Shown here: positions 50,162-63,439 of the stretch, one piece after another
Layout: every line of letters begins with the position of its first letter
How positions within the stretch are numbered: the first letter of the stretch is position 1
Assembly: GCF_030144855.1 (NCBI RefSeq)
Contig: NC_082731.1
Location: 20,832,001-20,896,000 of the forward strand
Direction of reading: 5' to 3'
DNA from: Hypanus sabinus
Taxonomy: Eukaryota
DNA length: 64,000 nucleotides
The notes under the pieces: generated by a model
What the model was told of the DNA's origin: nothing
The model's input: only the letters and a program-made list of their open reading frames with translations
The model's database searches: none
Program-made: the position numbers and the translations under genes

Positions 50162-52164
50162 AACATTAAGCAATTCTTTCACTTGGACTGTTCATTCATG
50201 CAATTTCGCAGCTTAGTGTTCCCAAAGTTTCCGTCTTTTATAATTGCCTTGTGAAATGAAAGTATTCAATTTATGTCATTAACTGTAAACAAACAAACGT
50301 GTCGCTGTTGATGCAGTGCTTTTCTTCCATAAACTTGGGCTGAAAGCTCTCGATAATCAAGCTGATCGATATAATAGGAACGAATCATATATGTAAATAG
50401 TAATATCCGGATATGGAACAATGCCTCCTTTCCAGAATGCTGAGATTATTCAGCAGATTTATCGCCTAATTTGAATGAAATTCTCACGCAGCTATTTTCT
50501 AAGTTACAGACTCACAAATAGTCAAATAAAACCGGATCAACGTTGTTTTCTGCGATTATTCAGCAGGATATGTTGTAGTACCATCCGAGTGGACGTATTC
50601 CACATGTTTTGGTTAATGACTCACAAGACGCAGAATCAAAAAAGTAGTCTCGCATTTTGGGACACTGAAATGAGAGGTCATGACCTTGGACTGATGGGTG
50701 TGTCACTCAGTATCGGCAAGAGTAAAGAGATTTTTCATTATCATAAAACATCGTTGTATTGGAAGTAAACACATTACCCATTAAGAGAAGCGTTGTGGAA
50801 AAGTGCAAATCCATTCAATTGAACACAATCCTTGATTGTATGACCATCAGGTAACACCTAAACAGAGGATGTTTTCAAATTGTGACGTTCTCGAAAGCAT
50901 AGGCTTGGAAAGTGCATTGCACCTTGCCTTGTGTACAGTATATCAATGATCATCATACTCTGACTCAAAAGCTTTTTACTTTAATTTGAAACAAATTTTT
51001 GAATGAAGGCCGATCTCATACAGTGCTTATGATTTGACAAATTAACTGTCTTTGTGGTGACGTGGTCAATCTGTCTTTGTAAAATGGCTAAAGGTATGTT
51101 GTGCAGGAGGTTCTTTATAATGAATTCCACTAATTATATATGTTCGATACTTTGCACATCTTCAAATAGGGTCACGTACAAGGGCACTACATGGCTTTGT
51201 TCAACACAACACGTTTAAAATTACACGCGCTGTAAACTTTAATGTAAACCTATGGCAAAGACTGCATACCGAGTCCTGAATTTTACAAATGAAAGAGAAC
51301 GTGAAACAAACGTCCACATGTTCACAGAGCATCTGTGCAGAGCGAAGAAGAGTTCATGCCATTCGTCATATACTTGACATTCTGTTCCAATCTATTGCGA
51401 ACCAGTGTAATGTGCAGATCGAGTGACGGCAGTGCAACGGAGACCCGAGTATTAATAATAATTTTTAGGGAACCATTCAGCATGAACGGAGGATCAATTA
51501 ATATTCGAAATTTAATTTAATATTATCAGACATAGTGAGAATATTTTCGCAGCAATAATTAGTGCTTTCGCATATATATATTTATATATATCAGGAAATG
51601 ACAGCGTCACTAATGAGATAATGTCTCATAGTGAATTCAGCTCAATCAAGATGTGCATAATTTTCCTCTATTTAGAATGAATTATTAATTTTCACCTAAA
51701 TAATCTGAGCTTACATTTCTTCATCTGATATATTTTTCTTCCTTTTTAATTGAAATATTTATCAATCAGCTGGAAAATGTCTTTGTTAAATCCGTGTCCA
51801 CTGTTAAGAGAACCATAAGGCTTTGATCCACCATGTAGAACTTGCTCCTTTTTTCTCTAGACTTCGATAAAGGAGCGTATTTGAATAATAAACTGCGACC
51901 AACATCTTAAGGTTTTAGACTAAAAGGCAACCTCATCGCTTCAATGCATAATACATAAATGCATAATTATCAGATAATTAATACATAATCAATACTCTTT
52001 CTGAAAATGTAACATAAACAGATAAATATATAAACACGTAAACGAAAGGTAGGTGAATAAATAAATCAAATTATATCTATATGTAAATAAATAATGGCAG
52101 CAACAGGCAAATAAATAGTTCTGGACATAAAGAGATAAAGGATAAATAACCAAACAGATAAAAA

Positions 52165-52651
52165 TATGTAATGGCGTTAAAACGATTCAGCAGATACAGC
52201 GTCGCATGATGATACTGCAAAAAAAATGAGTCAACTACCCTAGGAGGGTGTGATAAATTCAGGAACATTCCAAAACGATTTTTAACTCGACAGTTACTCT
52301 CAATTCTAGTCAGACGAATTTTGCTTTTCAAATAGTTGTACTCTTTGGGACATTACATTCCTTCCGAGTATTACCGTGGATAATAGATAGGGTATTTCGT
52401 GCTCCGTTACAGAAATGTTCAAAATAATCTTTCAGAATATATTTTCTCACTGCATCTCTCTGTTCATATTATGAAATTAACGCTCAACTTTTAAGACGGT
52501 CAGAAATATAGAATATAAATAAAAAATGGGAATTTGTAATCAAAACCCTGTCGCAAACTCAGCCGTTTCCTACTGTTAACGTATTTACCGCGCCTGAGTT
52601 GGATTGTCGCTATGTGCAAAGCAAGAATCGCACAACTACGGTGCAATCCAT
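52165..52651 (-). pseudogene. Fossil V 'A', copy 4
   Basis: Leader MDCTVVVRFLLC with GTAAAT donor; FR3 MFLNLSHPPRVVDSFF(C). Confidence 0.7.
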
Positions 52652-53283
52652 TTCTGCTTCTGAACACTCTTACACTCCTGTACATTCACTGTGAACACTG
52701 GGTGGAAATTAATTTGAATACGTCAAATTAAAGGATATATAATCGGATATGTTGTTCCGGTAATTTCTGTCAACTTGTCACATGAGAAGGATTAACCAAT
52801 CGATGCAGTAATGAAGGAGCTCACCTGATGCATTGTAATCAGTTTGATGGGCTCTGAAAAAATTACAAATAGCATGGGCGTTTAGTTGAATTTGTCGGTC
52901 ATCCTGTACCGTTTAATAAATTGACTAAGAATAGAAATTTATCCCGACGTCGCACCTAATATTTGATTTGTAGAGCATCCCGATTCTTATTTATTTACTT
53001 TTTTTGTTTGATTACTTGTTTATTTCATGAGATACATTGAGGAATTTGCCGGTTTTGCACCGAGGTACGCAGCCCGGCAATCACCAGATAAAATCCGAAC
53101 CTAATCATGTTATTCTTTAGAATAGCCCATCACCCTACCAAATACGGCCAAACGTTTGACAGTTGGAGGAACAGAGAGCAAACGACGTACATCCCAGGTT
53201 GTCCGCGGAGAAAATGCAATCCCTTTAGAAGCAGTGATGAGGATTGAATACATGTTATAAGTACAGTAGGACGTTGGCCTAAA

Positions 53284-53670
53284 TGTTATGCTCCTGTGTG
53301 GTTGCAGGACCTCTTTCTCATTCTTTATGAAATGTTACATACCCTGTTGCTATCTTGTGACTGTCCTATAACCATGACGTAATTGAGTACCTGGTGAGCA
53401 TGATGCAATGGTCTTGTAATCGTGTGGTGATGTAATTTCCCGCTAGTGTGAAGTAATTTTCCCAGCGGCGAGAGGGCATGAAATGGCCGGTTCAAACAGG
53501 TATAAAATGGGAAAGCCTTGCTGTGAAGCAGGAGTTTTTTTTTTTGGTTGGGACGTCGTTTAAGTTCCTCTGTTATGCTGTGTATTCCTCTCATGACGCA
53601 GTTTTGTTTTAAAGTGGAGTTTTACATTCTATCCTAAGTCTCAATATATATTTCCGGCAGTTTCGCCACA
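53284..53670 (+). mobile_element. Solo LTR-like insertion (copy 4 specific)
   Basis: Begins TGT; TATAAAA-type promoter core; absent from other copies. Confidence 0.45.
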
Positions 53671-53739
53671 ACGCTGACAAATTTAGTACAGTCGGAGAGT
53701 GAAGAATTTACCGAAATACGGAAAAGCCGAAGGATCGAG

Positions 53740-54219
53740 AAAATTTGGTGTCGTTGGCGGTATACTGTAGGATCGACTTTGTTGACTCCTCGTTTAAGGA
53801 ATTAGTAACCTGCATCTGAGATAACCCCTGTCTTGTGTAAGGGAAGAATGAGTTGGAGCAGCGTTATTCGTCAAGGAAAAAGTCTGTTCTTTAAACCTTT
53901 AAATTTCCTTCCTAGTAAATCCTTCAGGCAAAGCATATATCCACTAAGATCAGGAGTAACGTCACGTAGTCCAGGAAATCATTACTTCAGGCATGTTTCT
54001 CCTAATTGACTGTGGAAAACATTGGCCTTTTGCATTTACCAATTTTCAGAAATGTGTTTGCATTTATCGCTTTAAGAACTTTTCGAGTTGCCGTATAGCC
54101 GTTAACTTCCGGTTAAGTTCGTCCTATGTATTTCTTGATTTGTTGTTGAGCTGAGTTTAAATAACTGTTTCTTTGTTTATAAAAAAACCTTCTCAATTCT
54201 ATATTGATTGTTGCCGTAA
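53740..54219 (+). mobile_element. Solo LTR-like element
   Basis: TGTAGG...GCCGTAACA; homologous to 9873-10200. Confidence 0.55.
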
Positions 54220-55974
54220 CATAACGGTAATTATTGGCAACTGAAATCTTTCTCAAAAGTTTTGCAGTTTCTCCTAATCAATCTCTCTCCAACTAATTTG
54301 GAAGTTTAGGCCGATTTCCTGTCCGTCGCCAAGACTGTAACATTTGCCAGCTTCTGGATATTTCTCCCAATGTAAGATTTATCGCGGCGAAAATCGACTT
54401 AGCTTGGTCGATATTGCGTTTCGAAGCCAAACCTCCCTGAGCTAACCATCGTTCTGGCGATTGACCTGTTCATTGCCGGCGCCGTAAATTTCTTTACTTT
54501 ATAAAGCAAATCTGTTATTACAACCTGTTTCGCGGCTGGCTGCTAGTCATTCGTACCTCTTTCATTTGCATAGGTGATAATTGGGTGTAAACCACAAACC
54601 ATACATTTCAGTTTCAGTTCAAACAGTTATAGAGGAACTGAATTAATCTTTAATCATGAACACATTGCAGTTACTCAAGTGCGTACCCTGCTAGCGCTGA
54701 ATATTATGTCGGTGATACATAATCTTGTGGATGTTTGCCCGCAAATGATCCCAAATTAAGGAATACAATATAATCAGTTACTGGTGGCTTTGTGGCGCCA
54801 TTTCTCTTGCTGCGGTTGACCATATAGAGATTTTTTTTTATTAAACGTGGAATTAACAACTGGCCTATTCAATGAATATAGTTCAAGTTTTACTTCAACA
54901 CCAGCAGACATCTGCTTGAACCACTCAGTTTCTACACAAACCCTTGTACACAGTATTGGCTGTTCATAATCTTGTGTAGTAATTAGGACACGCAATTTAT
55001 GTTGTGAGCTCACTTTGTGTAAAATAAAACAAGTACACTGATACATATCAAGTTCGGTAGATTGAGTGCAACAGGGCAAGAAGTTCTGTACGTTTTAGAA
55101 AATAAGCAGAAATAGAATCTGCTGGTTCCGGTTGATTTCTGTTATACATAATAGTCGTCATTTGAACCTCATTCTTTGTGTTCTGACAAACGTTCGTCGG
55201 AATGAATAATCCGTCGTCATTTGGAGCGACTACATTTCAAATTAACCAATGAAATAAGCAGAAAACTGAAGCTCATTTTTCAATCGGAAGAAATATTTAG
55301 AAATAAGCCAGTCGTTGAAAGTGGAAGGATATCCAAACTAACTCTGAGGTAGTGAGCAGCTCAACTCTGCAGCTTGTATATTCTTTTCACACATACACTC
55401 GCTTGTCATCGTAAACCAAAATTACTTTCCATACTTTTGTTTTACTATACAGTGAGCAAAACTAAGAGAGTTACAATATAAACAAGGAGGTATTTCTCAG
55501 AAACGTATAGAATGATTCCTTTAAGTGTCATATTATCATATCGAGCTATCCCATCGATCGGGTTCACTCATCCTAAATCCCTGGCTATAATCAGGGATAT
55601 AGTGCCATCCAACCACAAAACCTTCTGCTGATATTGTGCATACTTTTACTGTCCCAGTTGCTGTCCTCCCGCACTGCATCTTATTTAACTAGGCAACATG
55701 TATAAAATTTATCATTTTCCATATAGCTACATAAACGTGATTACAACAATTTCATTCTGAAGGACTGTTCATTTGAATCAGTAACTACGTTTGCCATCTC
55801 CGTTGGGCACCAAGTCTCCTTGTATTTAGTAGCTATTGATCCGTCTGAGAGAGAGGCGGTAACCACCTAGCGAAGGCCCCATACATTGAGCAACCGGCTT
55901 TCATTCATTCGATTCTGCGTATAATATTGGATATTCGTGAAGAACTATTGTGAATTGAGGCACTCTATAAAACC

Positions 55975-56850
55975 GCTTCCATCGTGTATCTATCCAAACT
56001 TCTCTTTAACATTGGAATTGAGCTCGCATCCACTATCAGTGTTGTAAACTCATTCCAGACTCACCACACTCTAAAGAAGTTTGCCATCATTTTCCCCTTA
56101 AACATTTCATCTTGCACATTTAACCCATGGTCTCTAACTGTCGTCCCACCGAACATCGCTGGAAAAAGCCTGATTTCTTTTACGGTGTCTATACCCCTTC
56201 TAATTTTGTATATCTCCTTCACATCTCCCATCACTCTTCTACGTTTCAAAGAATGCAGTCCTGACCTATTCAGTCTTACCTTATAACTCAGGTCCACCAA
56301 AACCAGCAACATCCTTCTAATATTTCTCTGCACTCTCTCAATCTTCTTTACATCTTTCCTGCAGGTAAGTGACCAACACTGCACACAATTCTCCAAATTA
56401 GACCGCAAGAATGTCTTATACAACTTCAACATCCCATCTCCTCTCCTCAATACGCTGCTTTATGAAGGCAAATGTAAAAAAAAACACAAAAGAAAACTCC
56501 TTTTCCGACCCTATCCACAGTGCCGATAATAGCATTCACACCCTTGGAAGTTTTCATATTTTATTCTTTTACAACATTAAAACACAGTGGATTTAATTTG
56601 TTGTTTTAGATAATGAGCTACAGAAGCAGGCTCTGCTCCATACAGACGAATCCATTCTCTGCACATTCACGTGTCTGTCTAACGGCCTTATTAACAACCA
56701 CTGACGTATCTGCCTCCACCATTATCCTTGACAGCCTGCTCCAGGCACACACCACTCTCCGTGTTTTAAAATGAACTCTGCAATCATGAATCACCTTCAA
56801 ATTTTGAACTACTTACCTTGATGCTAAATCCTCTATTATGTGATACTTTT
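55975..56850 (-). mobile_element. CR1 LINE 3' fragment inside the Gypsy remnant
   Basis: LKLYKTFLRSNLENCVQCWS... Confidence 0.85.
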
Positions 56851-57269
56851 GAGGCCCCCTGTTCGTCACGGTCAACCATGGGTGTTCCATCTGAACTGTC
56901 TATTAACTGTGAGTAAGCGTTCGGCACGCACTAGAAAAGCCGAGATGACTTACTTCCGTGATATAATTGTTATACCGTTATATGTCAAGGGGAGGGGTCA
57001 TTAATTATTATCTTAGACATTCGGAGGCTTTTGGAGCGAGATGGTATACGGAGTAGGATCAGTGGTGCATGTGGTGCATGTTGACCCAGAGGCGGCCATG
57101 GACGGTACAGGTAGAAAATGGGCGCTGTGAGGACGTGGGGAGACTGATCACGCAGTAGCAGAAATGATTACACCGCCGTGCCATTCCTGAATGGGGTACG
57201 GACTCGTAGGATGAGGAAATAACGGTGTGATATATGCTGCCTTTTGATAACAGAGAGAAAATAAGAAGC

Positions 57270-57540
57270 ATTGAAAACCTGCTGCACAATACAAGCCCTG
57301 CGGCCCACAAAGCTGTGCCAAACATGTCCTTACCTTAGAACCCCCAGCCTTACCCATAACCCTCTACTTTACAGAGCTCCAAGTATCCACCCAGGAGTTC
57401 TTAAAAGAGCCTATCTCTTTCGCCTCCACCAACACCGCCGGGTGCGCTTTTCATGCATTCACCACACTCTAAGAAAACGAAAACGTACCCCTGATAACTC
57501 CCCAAAAATCAAGGAAGACAGTCCCAACTCTTCTCATGAC
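57270..57540 (-). mobile_element. Short CR1 3' end
   Basis: Tail similar to 12157-12250. Confidence 0.65.
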
Positions 57541-59079
57541 GAGTCAGTTGAATTGGTGTGCACTGGCAGTGAACAGGGAGGTTTGCAACTGCACCATACT
57601 GTCAGGATGGAGTCTGAAGTAACTGGAAATGAAGCTGAGCTCAGATAATTAGCCGAAAGGTCTGAGCTGCCGGAAGGCACAAGAAATCGTTCGGGGGAAG
57701 CTTTGCTAGACAGAGCAAGAGAATCATAAAGAGTGTCTTACACTGAAGAAATAGAATGTGGCGTAAGGAGGTCTCAAAGGGTCGAGAGACCCCAGTAGAA
57801 TCTGGCCTATATAACCCCTGGAGTTTTACGACTATCTCCCTCGTGAAATATGTCAACATATTTAATAATCCATTGCAGGTTCTCAGCGTTTTCAAAATTC
57901 CTTTAAATGCCATGTTATTAATGAACGAAAGGCAAATTATTTCGAAGTCATCAAGCCATTACTATTTTGGAGGCGGATAGTGTAATGCCCTGGTTCCATT
58001 TTTAACTGTTATGTTATTAGCATTTCATATATTCAGTAATTCTGTAAGAGCGCTCTGTTCTACTTTCATCATTTCTGGATTATTCCTGAGGATAAGCGAT
58101 GAAGAGGAATGTGCGCCATCCAAGTAAGATGATAGAACTGACGTCAAATTATTGTGGTGAAGGACACTCACAGTGCGCCTGGGAAACTGGTTCGGCGGGA
58201 GATGAAGAGAGAAGATTCTGGAGGGAACAGGTCGTACTGATCCACATAGTTCGTCATCTTGATTCAATGATGTCAGGAACGATAATCGATTGAGGATCGG
58301 TGAACATAGTGTAACGCTGAGCTCCAACGAGTGCACATTTGACTGTTTCTTTCTTTTTGTTTTTCTTTACTAACCTTAAGTTAATTTAAAATTCTTTAAT
58401 ATATTGCTTTCTGTAGTTTGCCGGGTACTGTCTTTCTTTTCGTGGCACTAATTTGCTGCAGAGTAGCACATTAAACAGCATGCACAGAACTCCGGTTTGG
58501 CGTGTGAGAGCCGACTTTGGCGGGAGCGGACAGTGACTTCCAGCGACTGATTCAGCCAACGAAAACAGGGGTTTTCATTTGTTGTTCAGCTTCAAGCAGT
58601 CTAACATATACAAGAAAAAAAGAAATCCTAATAAGAAACACTTTCAAAAAGTAAATCTTGTCCAGTGTGATGTAGAGTACATACGCAAACAGGGTAACTC
58701 TGAGACAAAGACAGAAATACTGTAAACGAATCATGACATGGAAAATGTGAGCAGAAAATATAAAAAAAACTAAACGAGCCCAATAGATTGAACCCGAGCG
58801 TTAAACTGCTCATGCCTTTTCGACATGTTTCACTCTATGCCAATTTGGACCACGCTTTTATTTTCTTCTTTTCTATATATATCTACATGCTATTGAGTAC
58901 ACCATTAAAGTATTAGTTATTAAAACATCATGAATTTTCCATTCTCATATTCATTCTGTCTATCCTACTAATATTTGTAATTTCGTTTTACGTGTATTCA
59001 TCGAACATCCCTACAAGATCTCTGTTTCTATATTAGCATCGAAATGTACTTTGAATGATATATTATTCCTTGCTGGCTT

Positions 59080-59470
59080 CAGCTCAACGGTCGCTCAGTT
59101 CCTATCTGCACTACTCTCCGTGCAAGATCCTCTGTGTTAAACAATATTTCAGTTGAACTGCTCTAGCATTCACTCCTCACGCTAATGCAACGCAGAGAGA
59201 TGTTATCAGTGGGAAAAATGCTTAAGCGTTCTATCTTACGTATGTAACTAATACCTCCCCCAGTTCTCTCATCTGCCTTCTGCATCGAATTAATAAAAAA
59301 TGCCTTTGGACTAATCAATGTCTAGTCTTTTATTAAATTCTTCCTTTAATAAATCTGTGATTGCTTTAGTATGTTGAGCTGTTCTGTTGCAATATGATAA
59401 CATGTCTTTCTTTTCATAATCTTTCACGCCAATACCCATGACAAACAGGGAAAGTTCATACTCATAATGT
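59080..59470 (-). pseudogene. Fossil V with VH-like FR2, copy 4
   Basis: IN(S)MQKADER-L(E)(W)-ISYI resembles INWxRQAPGKGLEWxSYI; also QLK...TED and leader-like MNFPCLSWVLA. Confidence 0.45.
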
Positions 59471-59949
59471 AGTAAACGCTATTTGTATTTCATTTGCTGC
59501 TTTTCGCCGCAGTATCTTTAACTGTCTGTGTACATGGGAATTGTCGGTGAGAATTACGCAGAACTATCATTAATTTGCTATATGTGAGTACATCGTGCAG
59601 ACAATTACATATAATATTTTATTGTTTTTTTCTATAAAAGAAGATCAAAAATAGCAAAAATAGAAATTTGAAAGAAAAGTAGATGATAGAAACCGTCAGG
59701 GAGCACATATAGATATCAAATGAAAACAGTGTTGACGATTTAATTTGTAATCCCAAATCCTTGCAACTACATTTTTTTATTTCAATTTTAGTTACTGCAG
59801 ACAGTGCCTTTGTTAATATAGTTTTGAGTTTGGTCTGAACTCAGTACACAAGACTGCTTTGCACTTATTATGCCAAATATTGGCTATGGCTCTTATATTA
59901 CACACATATCTATACGTGTCTGGGAGCAATTAATTTATATATTACGAAT

Positions 59950-60930
59950 AAACTCCTCCCGGGCTTCCAGCTGGGTTCAGTGGTAATATTTCACTGACGA
60001 GTCAACAACATCTTCTGCGACCCTCATCAAGGACTTTGCAAGGTATGTCTCCGCCAGTGATGCTTATATCCCAGTCTACCATTTTTCGGATTTGCTAGTC
60101 CTCGTCTAATCAGGCTTCAGGTCCCACATCATATTTGCAATCAAATTAATCTTGTTATTTATAGCGAGTCAGCCTTTGTTAGATTTTTTTTTTGCTGATA
60201 TTCCATTTTAATGGTTGTCTTCAACATCCGTTTCCTGAAGCCATCAGCGAGGTACAGTAAGTTTTTTGTCGTGAAAGTCAATCCCATGACCATTCCCAAT
60301 GCAATGCTCTGCTACAGATGATTATTCCGGGTAACCCAACAAATACAGCTCCTGTGCACCTTAAGGACGGTTTCAAATTGGATTAACCATGTGGAACCCA
60401 TTCTGGATCCGAAGAGTGTCTATGATAAATTAAGACGATTACACACCAGGTAACTTCGAAATGGCTGTAACGTGGAAAAAAAATAAATCAATCAATCCTT
60501 TAAAAGGACCGACGGAAAAACCAGAATATTGGGTGGAATCCATTGTTACCACCTTTGTTCTTCATATATATCCACCGAGTTCTGTCGTATCGCAAGGATT
60601 TTAAGATATACGGATCTCGTTAGCATCCACAAACCAGTAAGGAAGCTCAGATCGCCCCAGTGAGTATTGGCAAAGAAGCATTGTGAATGAACCTATTGAA
60701 ATGAAATCAGACAAATAGGATGTTAACAAAGACGAAGCTCTCACTAAAATTAAGTCGACTATAAACAGCGCAGGAGAGCGGAAGTCTGATTGGAGGAGGA
60801 CTATCCAATCATGGTGTCGATCAAAGGGTGTATATATTCCACAAGACTAGACATAGCCTGGCATCATCCCTGTAGAAGATGTCTAGTCTATTATCGAAAT
60901 GTCACTGAACGACCTTGTTGAGGAGACCGA
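59950..60930. mobile_element. Penelope-like inverted pair, copy 4
   Basis: Collinear with 6545-7700. Confidence 0.75.
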
Positions 60931-61330
60931 CCACGTGGCACAGACACATTACTGAAGTCAACTGCCCCCAAAGATTGTTTTCTCGTTATTTTTGCAGGAA
61001 GTTTTGACATTGCTCTCAGAGAATTCCTACTTCTTCAGACGACAACGAAGCTTCAATTTCTCAGCAAGCCAGAAGACTAAAAGACATAAGAGCAGAAAAA
61101 GCAGAATTAGAATCAGTAGATTTCGTCCTATCGAGTCTACGCGGTCATTTCATCATGGCTTGTTTATTACCCCGATCAATCCATTCTTCTGCATTCTAAT
61201 TCAACCCGTAAACTTTAATGCCAGCCATAGCTTATCAGAAAAAATGAGAAAACAAATATATATAACCGCCCAACGTTTTAAACATAAACAATCTCTTTGT
61301 AATTTGAATGAATTCCATAATTCACCAAAC

Positions 61331-61507
61331 NNNNNNNNNNNNNNNNNNNNNNNNNNNNNNNNNNNNNNNNNNNNNNNNNNNNNNNNNNNNNNNNNNNNNN
61401 NNNNNNNNNNNNNNNNNNNNNNNNNNNNNNNNNNNNNNNNNNNNNNNNNNNNNNNNNNNNNNNNNNNNNNNNNNNNNNNNNNNNNNNNNNNNNNNNNNNN
61501 NNNNNNN
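61331..61507. other. Assembly gap (177 N)
   Basis: N run. Confidence 1.
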
Positions 61508-63064
61508 AGAGAGGGAAAGAACGACATAGAAGACAGAGAGATGGAGAGAGAGAGAAAGAGAGAAAAAAGGAGCAGAGAGAGAGAGACAGAGAAACTGAGA
61601 GAGAAAGAGATATAGAGGTGGTGGAGAGAGAGAGTTTGTCTGTCTGTGTGAGAGAGAGAGGGGGAGTGAGAGAGGGAGGGGGAGAGAGAGCAGGGAGACA
61701 AACAAACATGATTTCAATGGTGCACACACACCAGCTGCTAATCAAACGTTTGGAATACGATAGTTTTACTGTATGTTCCGATCTAATAATACGACATTTC
61801 AAAGCACTCCGCCAATACCATATTGCAACGACTAATTGCAGATGAAATGAAGGCTTCCATTAGCAATATATCGGTCCCGAAATGTTAAATTAAACACACA
61901 ATTTAATGTGTCTGTTATTAAAAATACCTCGGAGTTGGAAAAGTGGAGCAGGCGGCTCAGTCTGTATGGTGTGGGGATTCCTCTGACATCTGATGTCGTC
62001 GGATCTAATCTTTAGTAAAAGCCAATGCATTTGTTGAAAGACAAATATCAGTCCAGTAAGACATGGTTGGGACATGGAGAGGGTAAAGCCGACTGCTGCT
62101 CTTCATCATCGTAGTTTTCGATATTGCAGCTGTCCAGCAACAATTAATATATAATTGAGTCAAGCTTATTATCAAACATAAATATTTACTAAACTCTGCT
62201 CAACAATAGTGAAAAGTATTGAAATGATTAATTTAAGCGGCAGTTAACTGCCATAAGGCAACTCAGGACGAGCTCTTAAAGTGGTAAATTCGAAAACAGT
62301 CTTAAAGTGGCAAATGCGAACACAGTTATAAAAGGGTAAATTCGCAAGTCAAGGTGATTTTACAGTCAATTTGGAAAGACTTTCCTGAAATAATTTTCTC
62401 GACGACGTGACGTTGCTCCTGATCTCAGCTGATGTATAGCTTGTCCGAAGGATTCTCGATCAAGTAAATATACGGCTTAAGGGAACTGACCTTTTTAATC
62501 TGGAGAGTAGACACTGCACCAAACCCTCTTGCTCTTGCTGATGTTATCTCAGATGCAGGCCACTATTCTTGTACGAAGACTCAATAATGTCGTCCTTTAT
62601 AAAACCACAGAACGACACCACCTTTCCCCACTTCTTCCTTCACTCTCCAGTCCTGGACTGTGAAGATAAATCACAGATACCCTAAAAAAGCACTGGCAAA
62701 GATTGGCGAAACTGTCGGCACAACGATTTTACCTTACAATAGAAAGTAAAACTCCACCTTAAAACGAAATTGCTTAATGAGATGAATACGCAGCAAAACT
62801 AAAAACTAACGAATTAACGGACGAACCAACCAACACAAAACTCCTGCGTCACAGCAATGCTTTTATACCCGTTGGTACAAGCCATCACATGACATCACAC
62901 TGGCGTGAAAATTACATCATGTTACCTTACACTGGCGGGAAAATTTACATCACCCCACCATCGCGGCAATTACATCATGCATCACTTGAGCTGGCTGAAG
63001 CTCTAAGTGTTCATGTGTATGATGTCCTTGCTGATTAAGTTAACCACTAGAAACATGGGAACAG

Positions 63065-63400
63065 AAGAGTTGTGAAGCAGCTTTACATTAGTAGAGTTAA
63101 TAACAGTCTTGAAATGTATGGCATGACATTTTTCAGTAACTGGAGAAGAATATGTTTATTTGTGTCCATAATTAAAGTATCAATCTGTCTACTCACGTTC
63201 TTCCTGCTTTCTGATTTACGTGAAGCATATTGCATTCTTGCACGAAAAAATGTTTTGCAACTGAGTGGCGAGAAATTTTCGAAATATAGATAAATCGTTA
63301 TTAATGCCATCAGATCCTTGGGTACCAAGGCAGAACAGGAAGTTTTGCTTCTCAAAACTAAGACTGTACTCACTGTGGATGTAAAGGAGGCCAAATACTA
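63065..63400 (-). pseudogene. Fossil V 'M', copy 4, possibly related to the intact family
   Basis: TSCSA..TIYLY, GACAGATTG (DRL), KNVM..ISD...Y(*)C; compare V1 DRL...KNTMISDSATYLC. Confidence 0.5.
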
Positions 63401-63439
63401 ATAAGTGCTTTTGAGAATTGAAATCGTATTGGTATTTGT

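Larger units (their letters stand above)
33895..51730. repeat. Cassette copy 3
   Basis: Anchor at 33930. Confidence 0.9.
55760..58691 (+). mobile_element. Degenerate Gypsy remnant with 3' LTR (57981-58691), copy 4, interrupted by two CR1 pieces
   Basis: Homologous to the copy 1 internal region and LTR. Confidence 0.7.

Noticed and set aside
59481-59488. Octamer-like ATACAAAT upstream of the VH-like fossil
   Set aside because: It has a mismatch, lies too close to the ATG, and is more degenerate in copy 1
60992-61802. Long ORFs spanning N runs (also 27686-28084 and 39106-39657)
   Set aside because: Artefacts of gaps and GA/TC microsatellites
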